Origin: the human T2T-CHM13v2.0 reference genome, Homo sapiens
Reading direction: 5' to 3' (one strand)
DNA length: 64,000 nucleotides
Assembly (NCBI RefSeq): GCF_009914755.1
Contig: NC_060938.1
Below the pieces are notes generated by a model, which worked only from the letters and a program-made list of their open reading frames with translations, ran no database searches and was not told the DNA's origin. This document shows positions 39,001 through 57,277 of the stretch, one piece after another (positions within the stretch are counted from its first letter, which is position 1; each line of letters starts with the position of its first letter). The translations under genes were made by a program, and so were the position numbers.

Positions 39001-39190
39001 CCACCCTCCTCTTCAAGTTTTTGCCAAAAGCAAGACCATTGGATCCTCCAGCTACAACACAAAATACTTTTTGATTTGTTCTTTACAGAGGGATAGTGCC
39101 CCCTGTTGGCACAGGTATAGGTAGGTCCTGTTTCCTTAATTATTAAAACCAACAACTAAGTGTATTAAAGATGGACAACGCAAGGCTGTG
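36081..39190 (+). other. PALS1: PALS1 3'UTR (end uncertain: ~38930 or ~39190)
   Basis: ~3 kb Alu-free AT-rich stretch after stop; AATAAA at 36598, 37064, 37162, 38803, 38906 and ATTAAA at 39164. Confidence 0.75.
39094..39112 (-). promoter_or_regulatory. CTCF core motif
   Basis: minus strand reads GTGCCAACAGGGGGCACTA, close to the consensus CCASYAGRKGGCRS. Confidence 0.65.
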
Positions 39191-40084
39191 AACTTGAAAG
39201 TTTTCTGGAGAAGGAGGTATGTAATAATACTCAGGCAAATGGACCTTATGTGCAGCCTGGGATCTGAGGACACTGAGGCAGCATGTGAATTATTGGCAAA
39301 TATATAACATATTTTGTTTCTCCAGTCTTCATTTCTCCTTTTTTTCTGCTGTACATCTCCCAAAGGTCATAAATCATACACCAACAAACAAAAAGTTTCT
39401 TACATATATACACCTGTCACCACAGTTCAGCTTTCCATTCCTATTCCTGATCTATATTCTTCTCCTATGTTTCAGATAACTGACTCCACACAACAAATTA
39501 TGTGTCCATTGTTTTCTTGATTTCTTTTTAACAAATGCTAAACTATAAAGTCATCTGCACTTTTGTAAGTATTTTAACAAGGCCAATACATTCCAGGTAT
39601 TTAAGAAGCCACAGGAGAAATCTAGGGTCCTTTGGCTTGTTGCTTTACATTGAATTTACCTACATGTGGAAAACCACTAATCTGGATCCCTACTTCAAAC
39701 TAATTTTTGCCTCCTAGAAAGGCAGTACGTAATTCTTAAAATATAAAGATCAAATTAAATCAAATCATACTTGACTTGCATTCCAGCTGTGCTCTTTGAC
39801 TTGTCAAAGTCTCAATTTCCTCATCTGCAAAGTGGAGATGGTAGAATTTACAGTTCAGCAGGCTGTTGGGAAGACGAAATGTTAAACAGTTACCTATTTT
39901 TAAAGTACTTGTGAACTGAGTTGTTGGTTTTCCAGTCATTACTGAATTTACACTGAACCTAAGATTTTATTCTGTGAGCAGCAACCAGATTTCCTAAATA
40001 TCAGCTTCTCCAGAACAGTCCCAATGTCTTTAAATACCCAAAGTTTGAAATATAGATGAAACAGAAAGGAAAAGTTAGGGTGTA

Positions 40085-40285
40085 AAAATTCTGAAGGTAG
40101 ACTGCTTAGACTTAAATTCTGGATTTGCTACTTTCTAGCTTTTTAACTTAAGACTACTCAAGTTTCCTGTGTCTCCAATTTTTCCTCTGTAAAATAGGGG
40201 GTTAAAATAATATGTGCCTCTTATGGTTGTTGTAATGAAGTAATATAAACAAAATACTTAATACCAGTGCCTGGCACATAACTAA
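40085..40285 (+). mobile_element. MIR
   Basis: core TTTCCTCTGTAAAATAGGG...AGTGCCTGGCACATA. Confidence 0.65.
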
Positions 40286-40353
40286 GACCTGCTATCTTAT
40301 AGGAGATGTTAAATGCTTGCAAAATCATTTAGTACTTTAAAACTGCCTAGACT

Positions 40354-40665
40354 GGCTGGGCATGGTGGCTTATGCCTGTAATCCCAGCACTTTGGGAGGC
40401 CGAGGCAGGCAGATTACTTGAGGTCAGGAGTTCAAGACCAGCCTGGCCAACATGGTGAAACCCCATCTCCACTAAAAATATAAACATTAGCCGGGCATGG
40501 TGGCGCAAACCTGTAATCCCAGCTACTCGGGAGACTGAAGCAGGAGAATCTCTTGAATTGAGGAGGCGGACGTTGCAGTGAACTGATGTTGCTGCCACTG
40601 CACTCTAGCCTGGGCTACAGAATGAGTGAGACTCTGTTTCAAAAAAAAAAAAAAGAAAGAAAAAC
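40354..40665 (+). mobile_element. Alu in the intergenic gap
   Basis: full dimer; TSD AAAACTGCCTAGACT/AAAACTACCTGGACT. Confidence 0.92.
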
Positions 40666-40994
40666 TACCTGGACTGTGATGTCACTTGATTAAAATACAG
40701 TATTAATAAAGACAGTGTCACAATTTCAGAACTAAACATTATTCCATGGCTAATCATGTCAAAAATGCCTGGAAATGGATGCGAGAAAGACTGAGTCCCC
40801 ATGGATGGCTCATGCCAAATCAAACAGTACTAAAAACCTCAGACACCTGATGTGGCCACTCAAATGCTTCATCTTCATATATGAAAGCAAGTTTTTATCA
40901 CTTATAAATAGTAAAAAGTTACCTTATTTCTTACTCTAAAATAGGAACTAGTTATTTTCTTAATTAGCAAATAAGGAAGTATTATAATGCCCTC

Positions 40995-41744
40995 ATAACT
41001 CATCGGCAATCATTTATTAGTACCCCAAAATGCAACAGTTGTCTCAAAAGTAAGCCTTTTTGTAAAACTCTAATACATGGAGTGGGAAAAATAGCTACCC
41101 ACTTCCTACATGTCTGCAGAGAAAGCTCTGGCTGACACTACTGATCTGAGCATGAGAACATGACTTAACAGTAAATTAATAAAAACGGAATGACTTACTT
41201 TTAAATCATTTTACTGTTTATACCACAGTCGCATTTAAATTGGCAGAATGGCTCCCATGACAGACAAGACAGGAACCTGTCATGCAAGGAAAAGTGCAGG
41301 TTTTCACAAAGTTTGAGAAGTACCATGGTAACAAGAATGGCTGCAGCAATCTCAGACAACAGCGCCAAGGTTTGCAAGTGGGTAGGAATGAAAGCTGCTC
41401 CACAGTAATTGGCCTGAGACCGCTAATGCTTCCTAAGAGGTATTTCCTAATATGCTTGGTAAGCAGATCACGTGTAACACAGATGTAAATGGAGTATGAT
41501 AACGCTTCTGCAAAGTAAATTCTGTAAGTTCCTGGGCAGGTTTTACAGATCTCTTTCATCCATGATAAATGGTTGCTAAATTATGATTCTGCAAAAGTAA
41601 TCCCATAAATAGACATCTAGGTAAATTTTACAACCAGTGAAATTCTTAGGCCAAAAAATAAATAGCCACACAAATCAAACCTACACACTGTGAATTAAAA
41701 TGAAGCCAGTGTTAGGGTTTCTCAAAGAACCAGAACAGGAAAGA
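40995..41744 (-). other. ATP6V1D: ATP6V1D 3'UTR, candidate poly(A) signal at 41013-41018
   Basis: repeat-free sequence after stop; TTTATT on + strand = AATAAA on - strand. Confidence 0.65.
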
Positions 41745-41886
41745 TTATTCAAATAGAAGATCCTCGTCCTTCTCTTCAGCCAGAAGATTAGCAGGCTCCA
41801 ACACCTCTCCAGCTGCTCTCCTTTGCTCCAAGTCCTTCTCAGATTTTTCCTTTAGAATCTTTTTCTTCTCTTGTATTTTCTTTAAC
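41745..41886 (-). CDS. ATP6V1D: ATP6V1D exon 9 (terminal), RLKKIQEKKK...EEKDEDLLFE*
   Basis: cag acceptor; TAA stop; 142 nt; V-ATPase D subunit C-terminus DEDLLF. Confidence 0.97.
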
Positions 41887-42116
41887 CTGTAAAATACAGG
41901 TGGGGGTGGATTTTTTAAACACTGTTTCAATATTAAGTAGATTTGATTTCTTTGAGTTTTGTAACAAGGATAATAAACACATACCTAGAAAAAAACCTGG
42001 TACTTTTATTAATTTCATTTTCAGTAATTTATTTATAATCCTTTTTAAAAAACATAATTTTAAGCTAAAAATACATAATTTTAAGCTAATAACTGATTTA
42101 ACCTGAGACAGAAGCC

Positions 42117-43176
42117 TTTTTTTTTTTTTTTTTTTGAGATGGAGTCTTGCTCTGTCGCCCAGGGTGGAGTGCAGTGGCGCACGCAATCTTGGCTCACTAC
42201 AACCTCCACCTTTGCGTTCAAGCAATTCCTTGCCTCAGCCTCCCGAGTAGCTGGGAATACAGGCGCATGCTGCCACACCTGGCTAATTTTTTGTATTTTT
42301 AGTAGAGACGGAGGGTTTCACCATCTTGGCCAGGCTGGTCTTGAACTCCTGACCTTGTGATCCACCCGCCTTGGCCTCCCAAAGTGCTGGGATTACAGGC
42401 ATGAGCCACCGAGCCCAGCCTAGAAGCCTTTATTAGGTTAAATTTTGAAATCCATTCTCGAATGGAACAGATTTTGAGCATTCAGGCATTTTTTTAAAAT
42501 TTTGGCTCAACACAACCCTGAGTATCATGGAAGGACAGAAACTAACCTTTGATAATTAAGATTATAGACCATAGTTAGATGCTAACTCCAGGTCTAAGAC
42601 CCCCCATGCCTTTCCTAAATACTCCTGCCCTCACCTACCTCCCATTTCTCTGAACCGAGTATACAGATCCCTGTACACTACCAGTTTAGTATTTATACCT
42701 GTTGACTCTAAATGTTCATAACCAATTCATGGACATGCATAATTTCTCTCCAAGTGCTGTGCTAATTCTCTAATGGCGTGATTTATATACTATTTGGTAA
42801 TGCCTCCAGGTGCTTTATACCTTCTCCTGAACATGAAATACATATTTGTTGAATAACAGCTGAATTCTAGTTTCTTCTCTCAGTTTTTATGTAGGAGGCA
42901 CCCAATCTAAATCATCATTTCATTTTAAAGAATAATCAAGGGCCAGGCACGGTGGCTCATGCGTGTAATCCCAGCACTTTGGCAGGCCAAGGCAGGTGGA
43001 TTGCTTGAGGTCAGGAGTTTTGAGACCAGCCTGGCCAACATGGTGAAACACCATCTCTACTAAAAGTACAAAAAAATTATCCAGGCATGGTGACACATGA
43101 GCCAAGATCGAACCATTGCACTCCAGCCTGGGTGACAGAGCAAGACTCTGTCTCACAAAAAAAAAAAAAAAAAAAA
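42117..43176. mobile_element. Alu - (42117-42420) and internally deleted Alu + (42942-43176)
   Basis: Alu matches; TSDs AGAAGCCTTT and AAAGAATAAT. Confidence 0.9.
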
Positions 43177-43191
43177 GAATAATTCAGTCTT

Positions 43192-43297
43192 GGCTTGTCC
43201 AAAGGTAATGAGTTCTCTCTATTACGCACAATCAGTTACAGATCAAACTCCTTGTTCTACTCTTTCCCCACTTTTCACTACTGCATTTGACTATCTT
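43192..43297 (+). pseudogene. Y1 RNA (RNY1) retro-pseudogene in ATP6V1D intron 8
   Basis: GGCTTGTCCAAAGGTAATGAGTT...CAGTTACAGATCAAACTCCTTGTTCTACTCTTTCCCC...CACTACTGCATTTGACTA is colinear with hY1; A-rich tail follows. Confidence 0.9.
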
Positions 43298-43563
43298 AAA
43301 ACATATATTTAAAAAAAAAATCAAACCTAAACAGTTTCTCTGAAAGGCCTAAGTTTTTGGAAATGCCATGTTATAGGTACATGTAAAATTTGACAGATTT
43401 GTTTCCACAACTTCTGGTAATAATATTTCTTGCTGCTTATTTATCAGAATAAAACATAAGCTGTGCTAATTCTAAAGAACATAAACCAACAAGTCATTCA
43501 GCAAATACAGCCTTTGGAATATGGAAAACAAAAGATGATCAATAACTGCCAATTTCAACAAAC

Positions 43564-43642
43564 CTATAGAACTCTTCTCGCTCTCTCTCATCCAGCTCTG
43601 TGATGATATAAGCAAGAGTACGTTCAATCCGGGGAATGATGA
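43564..43642 (-). CDS. ATP6V1D: ATP6V1D exon 8, [27 protein letters not shown]
   Basis: tag acceptor, gtttgt donor; 79 nt; conserved LDEREREEF motif. Confidence 0.96.
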
Positions 43643-43791
43643 CTAGAATAAAAAAAAAAATAATATGTGTGAGAACTTCAAACCCCTTTTTTCAAATTAT
43701 CAGTGCTCATTTGTATAACAGTTATTTTTTCCTAATTGTAAAATTAATGTGCATTTAATGCAGAGAACTTGGAAAATAAAAACACAAAGAA

Positions 43792-45308
43792 GCTCTTCCT
43801 CTCCCCCTCCCCCTCTCCCTCTCCCCACGGTCTCCCTCTGATGCCGAGCCGAAGCTGGACTGTACTGCTGCCATCTCAGCTCACTGCAACCTCCCTGCCT
43901 GATTCTCCTGCCTCAGCCTGCCGAGTGCCTGCGATTGCAGGCGCGTGCCGCCACGCCTGACTGGTTTTCGTATTTTTTTGGTGGAGACGGGGTTTCGCTG
44001 TGTTGGCCAGGCTGGTCTCCAGCTCCTAACTGCGAGTGATCCGCCAGCCTCGGCCTCCCGAGGTGCCGGGATTGCAGATGGAGTCTCGTTCACTCAGTGC
44101 TCAATGGTGCCCAGGCTGGAGTGCAGTGGCGTGATCTCGGCTCGCTACAACCTCCACCTCCCAGCCGCCTGCCTTGGCCTCCCAAAGTGCCGAGATTGCA
44201 GCCTCTGCCCAGCCGCCACCCGGTCTGGGAAGTGAGGAGCCTCTCTGCCTGGCCGCCCATCGTCTGGGATGTGAGGAGCCCCTCTGCCTGGCTGCCCAGT
44301 CTGGAAAGTGAGGAGCGTCTGTGACTGGCCGCCATCCCATCTAGGAAGTGAGGAGCGTCTCTGCCCGGCCGCCCATCGTCTGAGATGTGGGGAGCGCCTC
44401 TGCCCCACCGCCCCTTCTGGGAGGTGAGGAGCGTCTCTGCCCGGCCACCCCGTCTGAGAAGTGAGGAGACCCTCCACCCGGCAGCCGCCCCATCTGAGAA
44501 GTGAGGAGCCCCTCCGCCCGGCAGCCGCCCCGTCTGGGAAGTGAGGAGCGTCTCCGCCCAGCAGCCACCCCGTCCAGGAGGGAGGTTGGGGGGTCAGCCC
44601 CCGGCCCGGCCAGCCGCCCCGTCCGGGAGGGAGGTGGGGGGGGTCAGCCCCCCGCCTGGCCAGCCGCCCCGTCCGGGAGGGAGGTGGGGGGGTCAGCCCC
44701 CGCCAGGCCAGCCACCCTGTCCGGGAGGTGAGGGGCGCCTCTGCCCGGCCACCCCTACTGGGAAGTGAGGAGCCCCTCTGCCCGGCCACCACCCCGTCTG
44801 GGAGGTGTACCCAACAGCTCACTGAGAACAGGCCATGATGACAATGGCGGTTTTGTGGAATAGAAAAGGGGGAAAGGTGGGGAAAAGATAGAGAAATCGG
44901 ATGGTTGCTGTGTCTGTGTAGAAAGAAGTAGACATGGGAGACTTTTCATTTTGTTCTGTACTAAGAAAAATTCTTCTGCTTTGGGATCCTGTTGATCTAT
45001 GACCTTACCCCCAACCCTGTGCTCTCTGAAACATGTGCTGTGTCCACTCAGGGTTAAATGGATTAAGGGCGGTGCAAGATGTGCTTTGTTAAACAGATGC
45101 TTGAAGGCAGCATGCTCGTTAAGAGTCATCACCACTCCCTAATCTCAAGTACCCACGGACACAAACACTGCGGAAGTCTGCAGGGTCCTCTGCCTAGGAA
45201 AACCAGAGACCTTTGTTCACTTGTTTATCTGCTGACCTTCCCTCCACTATTGTCCTATGACCTGCCAAATCCCCCTCTGTGAGAAACACCCAAGAATGAT
45301 CAATAAAA

Positions 45309-45339
<31 letters not shown>

Positions 45340-45351
45340 AATAAAATAAAA
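43792..45351 (+). mobile_element. SVA retrotransposon (SVA_C/D-like), antisense in ATP6V1D intron 7
   Basis: short CCCTCT head, antisense Alu-like region, GC-rich VNTR ~44200-44800, SINE-R, AATAAA 45302, (TAAA)n tail; 14-bp TSD AAAAACACAAAGAA at 43778-43791 and 45352-45365. Confidence 0.97.
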
Positions 45352-45771
45352 AAAAACACAAAGAAAAAAAGTAAAATGGAGTATAATCCAACCATCCAAA
45401 AGAGTAACTACTGTAAACATGGTGGTGTATACCCTTCTAGTGTCTTTTCTATGCATAGATAACCTATTGGACCATAACAAATACAACACTGAATGTGCTG
45501 AATTCTATGAATATATAACATTGAAGCACAGATGTTATTTTAAATATAGTAGCAATCAACTGTTAAAAAATCGAGCAGAGAGAATGCTCGATTGAGTTTA
45601 CGTCATTAGGCTCGACTTTACATAGTTTACCTGTTCAGCTTCTAGAATGTGAACTCTGAGGGTAAGAACTACGAATTATCCTTTTTTTTTTTTTTTTCTT
45701 TGCTTCCACTTTCATGTACAAGGCCTGGCACTAGCAAGCAGTCAAAAAGGTTTTTTAAAAAATGAGGTAAC

Positions 45772-45905
45772 TTTCTCACTAACATTAATATAGTTAATAT
45801 ATAGTTAATATAACAGTTAATATATTTCTAACAATATAGTTAATATATCATATTATACATAGTTAATATAATAGTTAATATATTTCTCACTAGCATTAAT
45901 ATAGA
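45772..45905. repeat. AT-rich minisatellite, unit ~TAGTTAATATA
   Basis: about six unit copies bounded by TTTCTCACTA(A/G)CATTAATATAG direct repeats. Confidence 0.85.
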
Positions 45906-46495
45906 AATTCCCAAGCAAAGGAATTTCTTTACTTCAAATTTTGCTTTCTTACCTAAAATTGAGTGTTTCTTTAATAAAAACTAAGTTTATTGAGCAAAAA
46001 GTACCATCAACACTAAGCAGTCATATTTTTTAAATAGTGAAATAAAAGAGATGGAAAATAAGTGCATCAAATGGGAAATTTTTTAGAAATCAAGGAGAAT
46101 GGCTTATACTGATTTAAAGTTAAATATTTAATGTACTCAAAAAGTTGCATCACTCAACCATTAGAAAGAACTACAGAAAACACTAAGGATCTTGAGAAAT
46201 ATTCCTACCCTTAAATAACTGCATGAATAACTGGAAATGAAGAAAACATTCCATAATTTTTAAGTCACCACTTTCCTATGTGTGTAACTCCCCCAGATCA
46301 TACAAGTACTTCTATCAGAACACTTCATAACACTTTTTTTTTTTACTATGGACACACTTCTCTCTTTGCACTGTGGGCAAGGGAAGCATCTTATTCATCT
46401 TTCAGTCTTCAGTACAGTCCCTGAATTCTAGCAGTTTCACGACAAGTGGAGGGTATGGACAAGTGACAAAGCACCTCACAGTACCTAATACTCAC

Positions 46496-46562
46496 CATGT
46501 TCAATGGCATTTACACGCCTGTTGGTTATCTTAATAGCTTCATCCAAAGTAACAAAAGAAGT
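46496..46562 (-). CDS. ATP6V1D: ATP6V1D exon 7, TSFVTLDEAIKITNRRVNAIEH
   Basis: tag acceptor, gtgagt donor; 67 nt; hallmark TNRRVNAIE motif. Confidence 0.97.
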
Positions 46563-46707
46563 CTAAAATAAGAACAAATTAATAATGTAAGCACAAAGTC
46601 TTCCTAATCATTCCCTGATCACTTGACTCCACTAAGACTGCACTTGTAGAAAACATTTGAGAACCAAGACAACTTCTTTTTGGCATGCTTAAAAAACAAA
46701 ATTCTTA

Positions 46708-48703
<1,996 letters not shown>

Positions 48704-48891
48704 TTAAAAAGTAGGGACAATGGTACAAAAGCCATCACTTCAGAAATCAAAATATTATGTTTGCTTTACATAGGATCATGGGAACAGTTAAAAGTACAAA
48801 GCACAGTATATGCTGACTCAAGACCTGACTCTCCTCCACTTGACTGTTACAAATCAAACTACAGGAGTTCTCCAGGTCTTTTGCTACTTAC

Positions 48892-48995
48892 CTGCAGAGA
48901 AGCTAGTTCCACCAGTAGTTCCACTGCTTTGGCATAATTCCTCTTTAATTTAGCCAACTGTTCCCCACCTCTGGCTAAACCAGTCAGTTCATAAC
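48892..48995 (-). CDS. ATP6V1D: ATP6V1D exon 6, SYELTGLARGGEQLAKLKRNYAKAVELLVELASLQ
   Basis: cag acceptor, gtaagt donor; 104 nt. Confidence 0.97.
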
Positions 48996-49388
48996 CTGAA
49001 AGGACCAGTCAGACAACATTTTTAATTAGAGTAAAATATCTTCCCTATAAAATTCCCCAAAAGGAGATAATTCAGAATAATAACAAATATGGAAAGATGA
49101 ATTCACTAATCTTCATTGAATGTAAACATGAAGTGCCTATCTCACTCCCCAAACACTATAGGAGCATGCTACTAAATACAGTTTCCCACAAGAATACTAT
49201 TCTAAATATAACTACAAAGGAAGCTTTTAACCAACCTTCACTTCACTAGCTTGATGCCCCTTATTCCCTTTGAAAATCATACTGCCTGATGCCCAGAGTA
49301 CGATGACACTCTGTGAACAGGTGACTCTCTCTAGAATGCTCTACTTCTTCGTATGAAATGTACTTAATATTCTATATGATTTAATTAA

Positions 49389-51957
<2,569 letters not shown>

Positions 51958-52161
51958 TTAAGTGTTCACTTCTATACAAAAGTCAAGTTATCCTGAGTAA
52001 TTAGAAACCTGGTTGTTAATGATTTTAACATGTAAAGCCAATCAACTTGTTCTAAGTAGAAGGAAGAAACTAGGACATTAAGATCTTGCTGTATAAACAG
52101 GTTAATTTTAAAATGTCACCTCTTTTCTCCCCAAAGGGTTTCTAAAAGGTTGAAACGTTAC

Positions 52162-52229
52162 CTGCTACATTATCTTTCTTCGCTCGAATCTTCACTTGCG
52201 CTTTATTGACATTTTGGATAACTGTAGTG
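52162..52229 (-). CDS. ATP6V1D: ATP6V1D exon 4, STTVIQNVNKAQVKIRAKKDNVA
   Basis: cag acceptor, gtaacg donor; 68 nt. Confidence 0.96.
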
Positions 52230-53735
52230 CTGCAGAAAAAGAGAAAGACTTTATTTAGCAGACTCTTCAGAAATAAACCTACAGGGACCCACTGGATAGT
52301 TTTAACATTAAATGAGACCAAGAGTGAGATGTCACAATTAAGTATGTTTTGATAACTGTCCTTTTTCCAAAAAGGGAGAAAAGTCATTACTGCTAGAGGA
52401 GGGCCTCTGAAAGCAGAGAATGAACAATATTCAAAACATTAGCAGTAAGAAAAGAACAAAGAATGATTTTAAAGTTCGTGGATTGCTTATGTTTTCAGTC
52501 AGAGGTGTGCTACATGGATATAACTTTAAGGATTCTTCTGCTAGTGTGAGATAGAGAAAACTCCTTTCTAGGTTTGCTATTGAATTGGTTAAGCTGGCGT
52601 TCAATTCCTTTACCCTGGAAACTATGTTCCATCTGGCTTTGTGTGACTTCTCAAATGTTACCAGAAAGTGCCTTCCTGGCAGGGTGCGATAGCTCACGCC
52701 TGTAATCCTGGCACTTTGGGAGGCCGAGGCAGGAGGATTGTTTGAGGCCAGGAGTTCAAAACCAGCCTGGGCAATGTGGTGAAACTCAAAAATACAAAAA
52801 TTAGCCAGTCTCATAACCCAATCTCAAAACAAAACAAAAATAAATATTATAGAAAGTATCTTCCCCATAACCACCCTAAAACACTCACATACCACTTATA
52901 CACTATTGATTGATCTCCACCCTCTGCTAGAAAATTCAATGCAAGCTGTGATCTTACCAGCACTGGCAAAAATGAAAGCCTACCACTTCAAAGGGCCTTA
53001 TTAAGGCCCAAGAGCAGTGAAAGCTCCTAGATAATAGGCATCATGTCATTAGGAAAATAATAAAATCAGAAACCTTGAAAACAACTTCTGCCTCTGCCCC
53101 TAATTAGCCAAGTGACCTCAGGAAGGCATTTAATTAAAACTGAGAATAACAATGCTTGCCTTACCTATCTCATAGTGTTATTTGGAGAATTACATAACAT
53201 ATGTAAATTGGCATAACACATTTGCAAGCTATTTTGTATGCTTTGTAAAGGATTTACTGATGTCACCAAAGCCATGAAGTTCATGCCTTTTAAATAATCC
53301 AATTCTCAAAAATTTATCCTACGGGAATAATTCAGTAGAAACAAAAATACATATGTGTAAAAATGTTCACTGCACTTTCCCTAATATTCCAAAAAACTGA
53401 GAATTAACCCAAATACCCAGCATTAGGAGAAAAAAAAAATACATCTTGAGAAAGATCATACAGCCATGTTGAAAATAAGGAAAAATGTTTATGATACAAC
53501 GTTAAATGAAAATGGACTCTAAAATACTAAGTATCCTGCGCCTGCAACTATGTAAGAATTACATGTGGAAGATGACAGTGGAGTTAAGGTGATGGGGTTA
53601 AAAGAATTCTTTCTTATTATTACTATATCATTTGTCCTTAACGCTTATTTCTAAATTAAAAAATGCTTTTTAAATGAAATTATGAGACTGAAATCACTTT
53701 GTTTTGCTTCAAAACACCCCGTTTAGTCCCCTTAC

Positions 53736-53815
53736 CTGAAGTCACCTGCTGTGAACTTGGCTTCAGCTAGTGAAAAGGCAGCTTCTCTCATCACTTCGCC
53801 CATCAACATTTTAGT
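53736..53815 (-). CDS. ATP6V1D: ATP6V1D exon 3, TKMLMGEVMREAAFSLAEAKFTAGDF
   Basis: cag acceptor, gtaagg donor; 80 nt. Confidence 0.97.
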
Positions 53816-54586
53816 CTGGAAAAGCATAAACCAACAGCAGATTCAACCAAGCCTTTTACAAGGAAATATTCCATCATAATTATGTTCCTTTAATAACCAT
53901 CAGTATTTTATGCTGGCTGTGCATGTAAATATTGGTTTGATAACGACAAACAGAAATTTCCAATTTTTAACAGTTTTGGTTATGATCACTAACAATATTA
54001 CAAACTATGAGTTTTATAATTAAAACAGAATAAATGCATTGAGAAACAGAAAACTGAATCTTTACTGAAGGACCTATATTATTCCTGAATGGGTACATGC
54101 TGATTTACTCAAACTAATCTCTTAAATTCACTGCAGTTGCAGTCAAAACCCTAATGGTGTATTAATTTTAAAGTACATCTGGAATATTTAATGTTTGAGA
54201 ATATTCAATAATGTTTCAGAAAGAGAAGAAAAACTGGGTCAGCTGGGTAGGGAGTTGCCTTCCCAAGTATTAAAAAGGTACAGCTACAATAAGGAAATAT
54301 TAATATATCTGGTTTGGGACAGTTAAGTCAATGAAATAGACTAGAGGATTCAGAAACAACCCCAGGTCTATATGGAAATTTAGTAAAGAGACCACTCTAC
54401 TGTCTATACAGTACAAAATGATAAAGCTACCTACCTCACATCATACTGCCCCCAAAATTCAGACATAATTAAGATAAAGGTTTAAAGAAAAAAAACTGTA
54501 AAGCAACAAAAGAAAATGTGGCATAATATTTTCTTAATCATTTTAGGTCTTTTCTAAGCCTTATATGTAACTCAGAAGCTATATAA

Positions 54587-55575
<989 letters not shown>

Positions 55576-56046
55576 CTAGAAATAAAATGTCATACCATGC
55601 GGTAGTACATGCTACAATAAAATTAAAATAAGGAATTGTGAGAGAAGCAAACATGGTGTTCACTTTAGATTGGGTGATCAGGAACAGCCTCTCTTAAGAG
55701 ACTAGAACAGCTAAAGGAGCCAGTTGTAAGTTCTGGGGAAAGAGTATTTCAGGCAGGAGAAAGAGCTAATGAAAAGTACCTGGAGGACCTTAGGAAGAAT
55801 GCTCTAAATAAGGTAAGAGAGGCAGGCGGGGGGCCAATCAGATCAAGTGGAGCTTTGCAGGCAAGATTAAAGAGTTTGGATTTTATTAAATGAACTATTT
55901 GATATTTGACACTTGTTAAACTTATAATGGTATTTTTACTTTTGAAAGAAAAAAATTAATTAAAATAACAACAACAAAAAAAAAATGCCAAGGGCCATGC
56001 TGGATTTTTCTAAAATAAATACTATTCTAAGAAAAGTTCATTCTAC

Positions 56047-56164
56047 CTCTATTATCTTCTTTAGGATCTGTCGAAATCGAAGAGTTAAGGCATCAGATTT
56101 TTTCTTCAGGAGGTTTCGACCTGTCTGTGCTCCCTTTAAACGAGCCTTCATGATGGTCTGTGCC
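56047..56164 (-). CDS. ATP6V1D: ATP6V1D exon 2, AQTIMKARLKGAQTGRNLLKKKSDALTLRFRQILKKIIE
   Basis: tag acceptor, gtagaa donor; 118 nt; LLKKKSDAL motif. Confidence 0.97.
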
Positions 56165-56314
56165 CTATATAAACATAAACAAAGTTAAGACATCTATTCT
56201 CATTGTTTAAAAGACAAAAAAAACCCTCCCCACCAGTGTTAAAATTATCCTTTATCCTTTGATGTGATGAAAGTGAGACTATATAGAGAATTTGTAGCTG
56301 ACAGGTTTAACTGA

Positions 56315-57277
<963 letters not shown>

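Noticed and set aside
38322-39717. Short ORFs in and after the PALS1 3'UTR
   Set aside because: No homology recognised, mostly non-ATG starts, overlapping on both strands as expected by chance.
44200-44800. Regularly spaced repeats resembling a CRISPR array
   Set aside because: SVA VNTR; units are contiguous with no unique spacers, and the DNA is primate.
43769-45489. Cluster of 63-225 aa ORFs on both strands
   Set aside because: All lie within the SVA Alu-like, VNTR and SINE-R regions; GC-rich repeats lack stops by composition.
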